Virus record (IMG/VR): IMGVR_UViG_3300046837_000396
Coordinates: 1 to 64,000 of that record
Origin: a virus
Taxonomy: Duplodnaviria > Caudoviricetes
Length of the DNA: 64,000 bases
Direction: 5' to 3' (one strand)
Positions 54,678 through 63,101 of the stretch are shown piece after piece. The notes under the pieces were generated by a model. It was not told the origin of the DNA. It searched no databases and saw only the letters and a program-made list of their open reading frames with translations. Position 1 is the first letter of the stretch. Every line of letters starts with the position of its first letter. Made by a program: the position numbers and the translations under genes.

Positions 54678-54697
54678 ACCGCGCCGCGCGGCGCGGT
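54678..54697. repeat. GC palindrome, copy 10 (intergenic)
   Basis: 20/20. Confidence 0.95.
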
Positions 54698-55010
54698 CTT
54701 CGGGATCGCGATCGGCGGGATCGTCCGCGGATCGTCCGTATACCGTTTTCCGGATCGTCCGTACGGATCCGCCTACTGATCCGGATCACGTTCCCGCCGA
54801 TCGATCACGCGCCCATGTGGAGTTTGCGACAAGCAAACCCACATACGTGCTTCGCGCAGCGAAGCACCCTCACCCTTTACTGATCTAAGAGATCTGGGAG
54901 ATCTAAGAATCAAAGAAACATATAAAAGAACAAGCAAATGAGGTTGGATACTGCGTATCCAACCACTCTTATCCCATCCCCCCTACCCCCCTTCCCAGGA
55001 TGGCGCCCAA
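54698..55010. other. putative replication origin
   Basis: 13 GATC; 3x GGATCGTCCG; 3 tandem GATCTNNGA; A-rich tract; two GCA-loop hairpins; G4 tract. Confidence 0.6.
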
Positions 55011-55031
55011 CAGGGTCTGGCGCCACCCACC

Positions 55032-55268
55032 CTACTGCTTCGTCGGTTCGTCGGGCCAGGTGTCGGCGATCTTCTGGGCCTCGGCCGACGCGTTCTTCTG
55101 AACCTCGTCGAGCGCTTCTCGGATCCCGGCTTCGTTGAACGCGGCCTTCAGCCCATCGAGCAGCGCCGCAAGCGCGGCCCCGCGGGGCCCCGGGATCATG
55201 TGCGCGACCTCGTCGAGCAAGAACAGAGCGTGGTCGGCTTCTTCGACGATTCTTCCTAAGTCGATCAT
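55032..55268 (-). CDS. hypothetical protein
   Basis: ATGA coupling. Confidence 0.6.
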   Translation of the reverse strand: MIDLGRIVEEADHALFLLDEVAHMIPGPRGAALAALLDGLKAAFNEAGIREALDEVQKNASAEAQKIADTWPDEPTKQ

Positions 55269-55525
55269 TCGGTCCCCCCATCGAGGTCGCGGTGACGGCC
55301 GCACTCGAACGTTAGGTTACAGGTCGGGTTCTCGGCGGCAGCACGGGCCTTCGCGGCAGTACACGAAAGACCTTCGGCGGCACCGGCGCGGAGCCGCGCG
55401 AGGTAGCGCTGGCACGAGATCTCCTCGCCCGCGCGAGCTGCTTCGGCCTGCCCGGTCTGGCCGGGGTCGGACGAGAGGGCCGCACAGGCCCCGAGGAGGA
55501 ACAGGAACGGGTAGGCTTTTTTCAC
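55265..55525 (-). CDS. putative lipoprotein (possible o-spanin)
   Basis: MKKAYPFLFLLGAC lipobox; next to holin. Confidence 0.55.
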   Translation of the reverse strand: MKKAYPFLFLLGACAALSSDPGQTGQAEAARAGEEISCQRYLARLRAGAAEGLSCTAAKARAAAENPTCNLTFECGRHRDLDGGTE

Positions 55526-55526
55526 A

Positions 55527-55811
55527 TTACCTCTTCGCGAATGCGGTTTTGAAGGTCGAGACGTTCTGCGCGATCTCCATGAACCCCGAGCCCGCGAGCC
55601 CATAGAGGGCACCGGCCTTTAGGGTCTGTCGGACTGTATCGGATGCGTCGCCGAATAGATACGAAACCGCGAAACCGGCCGCGAGCGCGACCGCCAGTAC
55701 CCAGACGCCGTCGATCTTCGGAAAGGTCGTGCGGGCAGCCTTTACGGCCGAGATGACGGCCGGGACCGCGAGGGTCGCGCTACTGACTCCCGTGACGATG
55801 TCGGCGTCCAT
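55527..55811 (-). CDS. putative holin
   Basis: 94 aa; 2-3 TM segments; GLAGSGF; basic C-terminus. Confidence 0.7.
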   Translation of the reverse strand: MDADIVTGVSSATLAVPAVISAVKAARTTFPKIDGVWVLAVALAAGFAVSYLFGDASDTVRQTLKAGALYGLAGSGFMEIAQNVSTFKTAFAKR

Positions 55812-55848
55812 GCCGAGAATTCTGCGTGGTCCCGGGGGACCGTTCAAC

Positions 55849-56172
55849 TCACCGCGCCGCGCGGCGCGGTGCCGGCGATGGGTTCTGGGCCCGGTATTGG
55901 TCGAAGTCCTTCCGCAGCTGGGCGAGGTCGGCCTCCAGGGTCGCGATCGTCAGTTCCCTCGATTCCCGCTGAACCTCGAGGAGCGCGATCCGGTCACGGT
56001 CGACAGTGGCTCCCGCTTGGGTCTGGTAGCGGGTATCGAACTGGGTCATGAGGCCCCCGAGCCACGCGTGGCCGCCCCATCCGGCCGCCACGGATGCCCC
56101 CACGACCCCCCAGAGCTTCCAGACCCAACCGACGCGGTCAGAAAGATTCCGAATGTACGAGTCGCGGGCCAA
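55849..56172 (-). CDS. TM plus coiled-coil protein (lysis-associated?)
   Basis: N-terminal TM then heptads. Confidence 0.55.
   Translation of the reverse strand: MARDSYIRNLSDRVGWVWKLWGVVGASVAAGWGGHAWLGGLMTQFDTRYQTQAGATVDRDRIALLEVQRESRELTIATLEADLAQLRKDFDQYRAQNPSPAPRRAAR
55851..55870. repeat. GC palindrome, copy 11
   Basis: 20/20 (22 with flanks); includes part of the TGA stop. Confidence 0.95.
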
Positions 56173-57774
56173 TCAAAGGTCCCACCCAATAACCTGGGAC
56201 CCGTTGCCACCGTTCGGCGCCACCACGTATCCGGCGAAGCCACCGCCGTGGTTGACCGTGATTTTGACAGCACTGTTCGCGACCGCCGGGTATGGGGTAG
56301 CGATCGGAATCTTCACGACTTGGTTCGTGAAGTAGGCCTGGCCGACGATGGAGGTGACGACACCGTCGGCCGCGATCCCGATCACGTTCCCAGACCCATC
56401 GTCGAACGTCACGTTATAGCCGCAGAGCGCCGCTGATGTGGCGTTCGTCGAGTAGGTCGTGGTCAGGTGAAGCAGAATCGCTTTCGCATTCGCCGGGTAA
56501 TGAGTACCGCCGGCGAGGTCGTATACGGTCGAGGCGCTCGTGGAGCTCGTCGGGACAAGCGCTGACGTACCGCTGGACCCTTCGTCCGATTCCTGGTTGA
56601 ACGTCTTGCCGTCGCTGACGCCCCGGAGGATCGGAGCTCCCGCCGAGTTAACCATTCCGCCAAACACGCACGCCGCGGTTCCGGCGGCGGAGCCGGCCGG
56701 AAACCCAAATGCCGTCGGGAGCGGGATCGCGATTGTGTTTTGGTTGTGGGTCGGAACCGGCCCATTCGTATGAGGGGCCAGAACCGGGATCCCGCGGAGC
56801 GGGCCGGGTTGGCGACTTCCGCTCGCGACGCTCGTGTACCGGCACCACCGCGGAAGTCCAAACGGTTCCGCCAGCCAAAGGTAATAGGGGCGGTTTGCCG
56901 TTACGGCGTAGCCGGCCGGCTGAAGCTCGCTACTCGTAAAGTCGAGCGATGTTGCGATCGAAACCGCGTCCGTCGTCATGGTTCCGCCGAGGATACGGCC
57001 ACCGGGGCCGACCGTTTCGGCCCACCCCTGAAGGCCCGGGGTCGCGACCATTCGGTAGTGATGATCGACGCGTGAACGGTCCCGCGTGAACTTCCCCGCC
57101 ACCTCGGCCCGATCGGCCGCAAGCGGTCTGACGTCCCACATGTACGGGACGGCGTTCCAGGTCGCGGCCCCGTTCGGGACTAGCGCGACGAGGAGCGGTA
57201 CCCACCCCGCGACGGTCGTGACGCCCGACGCGATCGCCCCAACACGAATCCGGTAACCGAACCGCGATGCCGCGACCTTGTTGACGAGCGCGGGCGAAAA
57301 GAGCTGGGAAGCTGGGTTGTAGATGTCGCGATTGTCGGCTTCGAGAACCGTATCGATCCGCTGGCACTCGACCACGTAGATTTGGGTCCCGCCCGACGAG
57401 TTCGTCGGCATCGCGAGCGACGAACCGGTCTGGACTCCCGGATCGTTGACGAGCTTGTAGGGGCTATCGTCCGGCGACGGCGTGCTGTCGGGATCGACAA
57501 CGATCGCGACCCCTGGGTCGACGAGCGTGTTGGCGGATGCCATCTGGGGGCGGACCAACAGACCGTTCAGGATCGCGGCCCTCATCGGACTCGTACTGGC
57601 GGCCCCGACGGAACCAGCCCCGTTCGAGTTCGAAAAGTCCCCCTGGTAGTCGAGCAGGTACGCGAGGATCGACGAAAGGTCCATCCCCTGGAAGGCCTGC
57701 ATCCGGTTCAGGTCAGACGACAGTGCGCGTTCGCGCGGGTTATAGATCTCAGTCTTCCGTCCGCTCGCGCTCAT
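56173..57774 (-). CDS. tail fiber / distal baseplate protein
   Basis: ERALSSDLNRMQ N-terminus; Gly/Ser/Thr beta-rich; follows the wedge genes. Confidence 0.7.
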   Translation of the reverse strand: MSASGRKTEIYNPRERALSSDLNRMQAFQGMDLSSILAYLLDYQGDFSNSNGAGSVGAASTSPMRAAILNGLLVRPQMASANTLVDPGVAIVVDPDSTPSPDDSPYKLVNDPGVQTGSSLAMPTNSSGGTQIYVVECQRIDTVLEADNRDIYNPASQLFSPALVNKVAASRFGYRIRVGAIASGVTTVAGWVPLLVALVPNGAATWNAVPYMWDVRPLAADRAEVAGKFTRDRSRVDHHYRMVATPGLQGWAETVGPGGRILGGTMTTDAVSIATSLDFTSSELQPAGYAVTANRPYYLWLAEPFGLPRWCRYTSVASGSRQPGPLRGIPVLAPHTNGPVPTHNQNTIAIPLPTAFGFPAGSAAGTAACVFGGMVNSAGAPILRGVSDGKTFNQESDEGSSGTSALVPTSSTSASTVYDLAGGTHYPANAKAILLHLTTTYSTNATSAALCGYNVTFDDGSGNVIGIAADGVVTSIVGQAYFTNQVVKIPIATPYPAVANSAVKITVNHGGGFAGYVVAPNGGNGSQVIGWDL

Positions 57775-57799
57775 GCGGGAGGGTACCGCGGTAGGATCG

Positions 57800-59626
57800 T
57801 TACGGGCAACCTAGGTCGTCACGAACAAGATCGAACCCGACCCCACCGGCCCGCACGGTGTCGATTACCTGCCAGACCGTTTGGTAAAAGTTACCCGCGG
57901 AGGCCGGATAGCCGTCGTAGAACGTGACGGCTGGCGACGAGTCGTATGCGTTGCTGGTCCCCGAGTCGTACGCGAACCCAAATTCGCCGTAATTGACCCC
58001 CTGGACCGTAACGAGGAAAAAAGCCCGCATCTCCAAGAAACTGAACAGATACCGGTACCGGAGGGTATGGTCGGGCCCACCCGAAAGCGTCGAAGGAGGC
58101 GTGTAGACTTGGCCGCTGACGGTTCCGTGAAGCGGCAGTGTATTGACGAACGTTCCCTGAACGACCGCGATCGATTCGAGGAACCGAGGCGTAACGGGAC
58201 CGACTCCCGATACCTGAAACGCAAGAATCGCCTTCCCGACCGCCGTGATCCCGGTCGTAGGATCCCGCTGTTCGATTCGTTCGCCTTCGAAGAAGTTGAA
58301 GTTTGGAGCCGCAACGGCTCCGTCGATCAGCACGGCCTCCATGTCGTACCAGTCCCCGAGGTCCGGGCGGTCGTAATAAAACCCCGGGAGCGACGCGAGC
58401 CCCGCTTCGCGCAGGCATCCCTGGATCCCGACAGGCGCCAGTACGCGGTTGAATGCTCTAATGACCGCGCCTGGCGAGACGACATCCGACGGAACCGCGA
58501 TCTTGCGGCGATACGAAAAGTCACCTTCTGCTGGTCCGCGGTGAATGTTACGCTCGCGCCCGAGGGCATCAAGGAACCCGAGGCGACCACCAGTTGGTTG
58601 TTCCTGATTGGTCGTCTCGATTCCCCAGCCCCCGGCTCCCCAGGGAACGAACTCCCAAGCGGCCGTGCCGGATTCCGGCGTGAGGGTGGAGTCGTACGAA
58701 ATCGTGCTCGGCGCGGCTGTCGCGAGTGATGTCGCGCCCGTGATGACACCGGCTCCCGTGAAGGTTCCGGATGTCCACTGGACGACGAACGACGTCGCGG
58801 TCGCGCCGAGAAACGTGCCGGTCGCGCCGGAACCAAATTGGGTTACGGGTTCGCCTTCGATGAAGTTCCCAATCCCGGACGCATCGAACGCGATATCGCG
58901 CGCGACCGACAGAACACCCCCGTCCGTCGGACCCGGCCTCGCGTACCCGACGACTCTTGCGACGCGGCCGACGTTCGACCCGGCCGTGAACCGAAGGTAC
59001 TGGCCGACGTGATCCGGCACGAATGTGTCGGGTTTTTGGGCGCAGCGTACGAGGGGGGGCGTGACCGTCGCGTCGTTATTCGCGAAGTTCGCCGCGATCT
59101 GTCGGATCGCCCGAAGCGTGTCGGGTAGCGGGTTGTTGTATCCCCACCCAACGAGTTCGGCTTCTGCCGTGAGGTCGACTTCGGCGGTATCGCCGGGCGC
59201 GAAGCAATACGCGCTCGTTAGGTGATAGAGGCGCCCCGACTCGAAGGCTTCGCCTTCTGCTCCCGGGGTCGCGCCCCAATCGGTCGTGGTTTCGCCGACC
59301 AAAAACGGACCCGCCATCAGGACCAGCGGGATATTGGGGAGCCCGCTCCGCGAGACCGAGAGCGTGACGGTCGCGCGCTTCTCGCCGGCGGCCGGATCTG
59401 ATGTCTGGCCGCTCCACGGCAGGATGTACATGGCCTGCGTCGTGACGTCGACGGCCCTCGAGAGACGCTCCAGCATCGCCCAAGTCTGCGCGTATGCCTC
59501 GATCCCGGACCCGTCCCCCTTCTCGAAGAGCGAAGCGGAAAACTGGTTATCGACCGACGATTCCCAGACCGCCTGAAGGTCCGCGATCGTCAGGGGACCC
59601 TGTGCGGCGACGATCGGAACCGTCAT
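57800..59626 (-). CDS. baseplate wedge/tail protein
   Basis: LDALGRERNIHR..EGDFSYR wedge motif; C-terminal RAGGV. Confidence 0.7.
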   Translation of the reverse strand: MTVPIVAAQGPLTIADLQAVWESSVDNQFSASLFEKGDGSGIEAYAQTWAMLERLSRAVDVTTQAMYILPWSGQTSDPAAGEKRATVTLSVSRSGLPNIPLVLMAGPFLVGETTTDWGATPGAEGEAFESGRLYHLTSAYCFAPGDTAEVDLTAEAELVGWGYNNPLPDTLRAIRQIAANFANNDATVTPPLVRCAQKPDTFVPDHVGQYLRFTAGSNVGRVARVVGYARPGPTDGGVLSVARDIAFDASGIGNFIEGEPVTQFGSGATGTFLGATATSFVVQWTSGTFTGAGVITGATSLATAAPSTISYDSTLTPESGTAAWEFVPWGAGGWGIETTNQEQPTGGRLGFLDALGRERNIHRGPAEGDFSYRRKIAVPSDVVSPGAVIRAFNRVLAPVGIQGCLREAGLASLPGFYYDRPDLGDWYDMEAVLIDGAVAAPNFNFFEGERIEQRDPTTGITAVGKAILAFQVSGVGPVTPRFLESIAVVQGTFVNTLPLHGTVSGQVYTPPSTLSGGPDHTLRYRYLFSFLEMRAFFLVTVQGVNYGEFGFAYDSGTSNAYDSSPAVTFYDGYPASAGNFYQTVWQVIDTVRAGGVGFDLVRDDLGCP

Positions 59627-60762
59627 GCCGCTAGCGTCACGTTCTGCGAAGTCGTCCGGATCGTCTTACCGGCGTCCGGTATTACGTCGCCGACAGGCGC
59701 GACGATCGTGCTGTTGGCGGGCGTTGTCGGATCGGTCGTGACGACGAGCCCATCACTTCGGAAGCGGGCCAAAACCGCCTGAAGGTCCGCGATTCTGAGC
59801 GGGTTGTTGACCGGAATCGAATTGATGAACCCAACGACCGCCGACAAGACGGCCTGGGTCAGCGAAACCGTGTCGACGTTCGCCTCGAACGCGAGCCTCA
59901 GGACGACGTCGACGATCTCGGGCTGGCTCGTCACGACGATGACGGCAATCCCGGCCGCCCGATACTCACCGAGGGATGTCGAGACGCGGTTCGCGAGCGC
60001 TTGATTCGAAACACCTGAACCGTCCGCCACGTACAGGATCACGACCCGAGCGGGCGTCGACCCGACCGTCGTGACCTCCGACGCCTGAGCCGATACGACT
60101 CCCGGAACCTGGCGGGCCCCGAGCTCGATCGCCTTGAGGGTCCCGCGGCGAGCCGTCAGCCAGAAGTCACGAACACGGTTTCGGAAGTCCTCGTCTTGTT
60201 CGCGGTCCGCGCCTCCCGCGGTCGCGACCGGATTGTTCACCGTCAGGGTCGGGTCGAACGGAACGTTCGCCGGCGCCTGCGGTGGGATTCTCCGGATCTG
60301 GTTCGCCCCGACCTGAAAGTCGCGCCCGGCCTGAACCGCCTGAACGTCAGCGCTCGACGTCAGGTCAGTACCCGAGAACGCAGCCGTTGAGGTCGTGACG
60401 TACTCGATCCCGTCGTTCGTCGTGACTTTCGTGCCGACCAGGATCGACCCGGCCCCCACGGTGGCCGATACTCGCGAAAACTGAACGGTCCCGACGGCAG
60501 GAGACGCGCCGAACCGCGCCGTCTGGTACCGGTCCCAGGCGAAGCGGTCGAGGTCCTCGTCCTCGGCCCCATCGAGCAGGAGGCGATTGACCGAGTACGC
60601 GAGCTGTTTGACGATCTCGAACGCGACGACGCTCGTCGAGCCGACGAAAACGTTGACGTCGCTCCCCTGGACGTCGATCTGTTTCGGGTCGATCTTGTTC
60701 GCCCGTTCGACGACGTACTGGCGCCCTACCGCAAAGAGGTCGAGCCGGGAGGGCAGATCCAT
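59623..60762 (-). CDS. baseplate J/gp47-like protein
   Basis: AEDEDLD, GGADREQDEDFRNR, RGTLKAI...VPGV, YRAAGI. Confidence 0.92.
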   Translation of the reverse strand: MDLPSRLDLFAVGRQYVVERANKIDPKQIDVQGSDVNVFVGSTSVVAFEIVKQLAYSVNRLLLDGAEDEDLDRFAWDRYQTARFGASPAVGTVQFSRVSATVGAGSILVGTKVTTNDGIEYVTTSTAAFSGTDLTSSADVQAVQAGRDFQVGANQIRRIPPQAPANVPFDPTLTVNNPVATAGGADREQDEDFRNRVRDFWLTARRGTLKAIELGARQVPGVVSAQASEVTTVGSTPARVVILYVADGSGVSNQALANRVSTSLGEYRAAGIAVIVVTSQPEIVDVVLRLAFEANVDTVSLTQAVLSAVVGFINSIPVNNPLRIADLQAVLARFRSDGLVVTTDPTTPANSTIVAPVGDVIPDAGKTIRTTSQNVTLAA

Positions 60763-60802
60763 GGTCGGATCGTGACCCCTGGGGGCCGTGCCGGCAAAAC
60801 CC

Positions 60803-61705
60803 CTACCCGGCTACAATCACGACCGGAACGTCGAACCGCTTCGCGGCCCCTACGACCGGTTTGACCAACACGACGTATCGGGCGAGCTGCGGGGTCGCGG
60901 GGTCGTACTGAATCTTGACCTTGACCCTCGAAACGTCCGGCTCCTGCCGGATCTGAGCTTCCGCGGCTGTCGCGATCTTTTGACGGTTTGCTGGGCTGGC
61001 GAGGAGCTTCAGAAAGCTGGCGGTCCCGACCCCGTAGGCGTTCCCGAGATGAAGGAAACTACCCGGGATCGAGAGCATCCGGCGGAAGACCCGTTTGCGG
61101 AGGGACGCGATGCCCTCGTCGAACGCGTAGTCGCCCGACGAATCGACCGGGATCGTTCCGAGAACGAGCGGATCGGTTCCATTCGGAAGCGGGTCGAGTG
61201 CGCTCGAGAGCGTATCGGGGTGTGCGATATCGCGCGACGGAAGGAGTCCGTCAGGGGTTGGGTCCCGGAACGGCTGCCGGACCCCGTAGAAAGTCGCGTG
61301 CGCGTTCGCCGGCGAAAGCCCAACGAGGTCGTGAACCGTTACGTCGTAAAGGGCCGGGTAGGGGCTCAGGGGGCGGTCGAGAATCAGATTCAGAATCGTA
61401 CCGGCGAGCCCTTGATCATCGACGAGATCGACCCGGATGACCCCGACGGTTCGGGCCGGGAGCCCATCGTACCCGATCGTCGACGTATCGGGCGTGACCA
61501 CGTAGTGGAGTGGGTCGCCGGCGTCGTTCGAGTCGAGGAGTCCCGTCACGACAAGGTCTAGCGAAAAGAAGAGCTGCACGACGTTTTCGCGGATCGCGAA
61601 CGCGTTCGAGAGGGCCGGACTGACCGGTACGTCGGTCGGGCCGAGCCCCGCCCACGGGAAAACGCCCCACGGTCCACTACCCCAGCCGGTATCGACGGTC
61701 GTCAC
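60803..61705 (-). CDS. baseplate W/gp25-like protein with N-terminal Ig-like domain
   Basis: LRKRVFRRMLSIPGSFLHL..YGVG...QIRQEPDV; GTG at 61705, 7 nt after TACCAT. Confidence 0.75.
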   Translation of the reverse strand: MTTVDTGWGSGPWGVFPWAGLGPTDVPVSPALSNAFAIRENVVQLFFSLDLVVTGLLDSNDAGDPLHYVVTPDTSTIGYDGLPARTVGVIRVDLVDDQGLAGTILNLILDRPLSPYPALYDVTVHDLVGLSPANAHATFYGVRQPFRDPTPDGLLPSRDIAHPDTLSSALDPLPNGTDPLVLGTIPVDSSGDYAFDEGIASLRKRVFRRMLSIPGSFLHLGNAYGVGTASFLKLLASPANRQKIATAAEAQIRQEPDVSRVKVKIQYDPATPQLARYVVLVKPVVGAAKRFDVPVVIVAG

Positions 61706-61718
61706 GCCCCAGATGGTA

Positions 61719-62096
61719 TCAGCTGTCGGCTTCCGCGTCCGGGTCGGGGTCTGCGCGCGAGATCCGACCCCCACCCCACGCGACCCCCGCGGCGAAGTTG
61801 AGGGGGTGCTCGTTCAAAACACCGTCGCACGAGATCCCGACCGCGAGCGCGAACTTCGGGAGAGGGATCGCGAACGGGGGGATCGAGAAACTGAGCCCAA
61901 ACGGGAGTGGTCCCGGAAGCTTGAACCCACAGATCGAGAACGGAAGCGTCGGGACCCGTATTCCTGCGCCCCCAGCGGCGCCTGGGAATGCCGGGATCGG
62001 AGGGAGCTTCAGCGATAACGAGAACGCCGCGGCCTCGTCCGCCAGATCTTGGACGGCCGGCGGCGGAGCGTTCGGGGGCGGTTGGAATCCCGACAT
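61719..62096 (-). CDS. Pro-rich virion-associated hypothetical protein
   Basis: Within the baseplate operon. Confidence 0.55.
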   Translation of the reverse strand: MSGFQPPPNAPPPAVQDLADEAAAFSLSLKLPPIPAFPGAAGGAGIRVPTLPFSICGFKLPGPLPFGLSFSIPPFAIPLPKFALAVGISCDGVLNEHPLNFAAGVAWGGGRISRADPDPDAEADS

Positions 62097-62099
62097 CCG

Positions 62100-63101
62100 T
62101 TAGCCTGCCAGAAACCCCGGGCACGTGACGCCCGGATTGTTTCCCGTTGGGTTTGGAAGTTTTCCCGCCATTGCGCCCGCGAGGGCCGACATGACGGCCG
62201 GCGATACGGTTCCGGTACCCGGTACGCCGGCGGCCGACAATACGCTCGCGAGGAACGCATCACGCGCCGGCGGAGCCGATAGCGCCGCGAGTGCCCCCGG
62301 GGCCGAGAACCCCGAGAGTAGGAGCAGAAAGTTGTTCAGAATGTTGAGGACCTGTTCGGTTGTCGCGACGTGTTCGCTCGCGGTGGCTCCCTGGGTCGAG
62401 ACCTGGAGCGCCCCGGTCGTTCCGACGACGCTCCCCTGTTCGCCGAGCAGCATGATGGCTTTGCCCGTTACTTCTGCCCTGACCTGCTTGTTCTTCTTGT
62501 CGAGCTGAAGGACCATCACGGTCGACCCGGGGGTCGTGACGGGGGACGTCTTGTCGGTATCGTCGGTCGTCTGAAGACCAGCGAAGTCGGGCCCGAGATG
62601 AAGGAAGTCACCGAACCCATCCCGGGCCGTCGTTGAGCCGGCGGCCTCCATCATCAGGAGCGCTCCCGTGACGGCGTTCCGGACCCCCCAGGCCTGCGCG
62701 GTTTCGACCATCCAGGGCGCCTTCATGCGCCGGAACCCGAAGTTGTTTTGAGTCGGATCGTTCGCCGCGACCGTATCGGGCCACGCGTCGAGCTCGTTGT
62801 TCATCCGCGCGACGATCACGGGATGGGCGCGTTCGTCCCCTTCCGGGATCAGGACCAAGACTTCGTCGTTCGCCGCGAACGGATAGTACTCGCCTTCGCC
62901 GGCGCCCGCGACACCCCCCGCGACCCGGCACCGGCACGGGATCCCGGACGGCTGAAGCGTCACGTCGACGATCGGGCCGAGCCCTTTCTCGAACGTAACG
63001 GATCGGGAATCGGGTCCGTCCGGATCGACGGTACCGTACGAGACCCACTGGCGCGTATCGGCGCCAGGAAAACTCGTCATATCGCTGAGCTCGCGCTCCA
63101 T
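62100..63101 (-). CDS. baseplate spike (gpV/Gp5-OB-like)
   Basis: AGAGEGEYYPFAANDEVLVLIPEGD...PVIV OB-fold motif. Confidence 0.8.
   Translation of the reverse strand: MERELSDMTSFPGADTRQWVSYGTVDPDGPDSRSVTFEKGLGPIVDVTLQPSGIPCRCRVAGGVAGAGEGEYYPFAANDEVLVLIPEGDERAHPVIVARMNNELDAWPDTVAANDPTQNNFGFRRMKAPWMVETAQAWGVRNAVTGALLMMEAAGSTTARDGFGDFLHLGPDFAGLQTTDDTDKTSPVTTPGSTVMVLQLDKKNKQVRAEVTGKAIMLLGEQGSVVGTTGALQVSTQGATASEHVATTEQVLNILNNFLLLLSGFSAPGALAALSAPPARDAFLASVLSAAGVPGTGTVSPAVMSALAGAMAGKLPNPTGNNPGVTCPGFLAG

Noticed and set aside
4500-55870. GC palindrome as a REP/MITE, terminator or protein repeat
   Set aside because: It has no loop, U-tract, target duplication or transposase, and it is read in three different frames.
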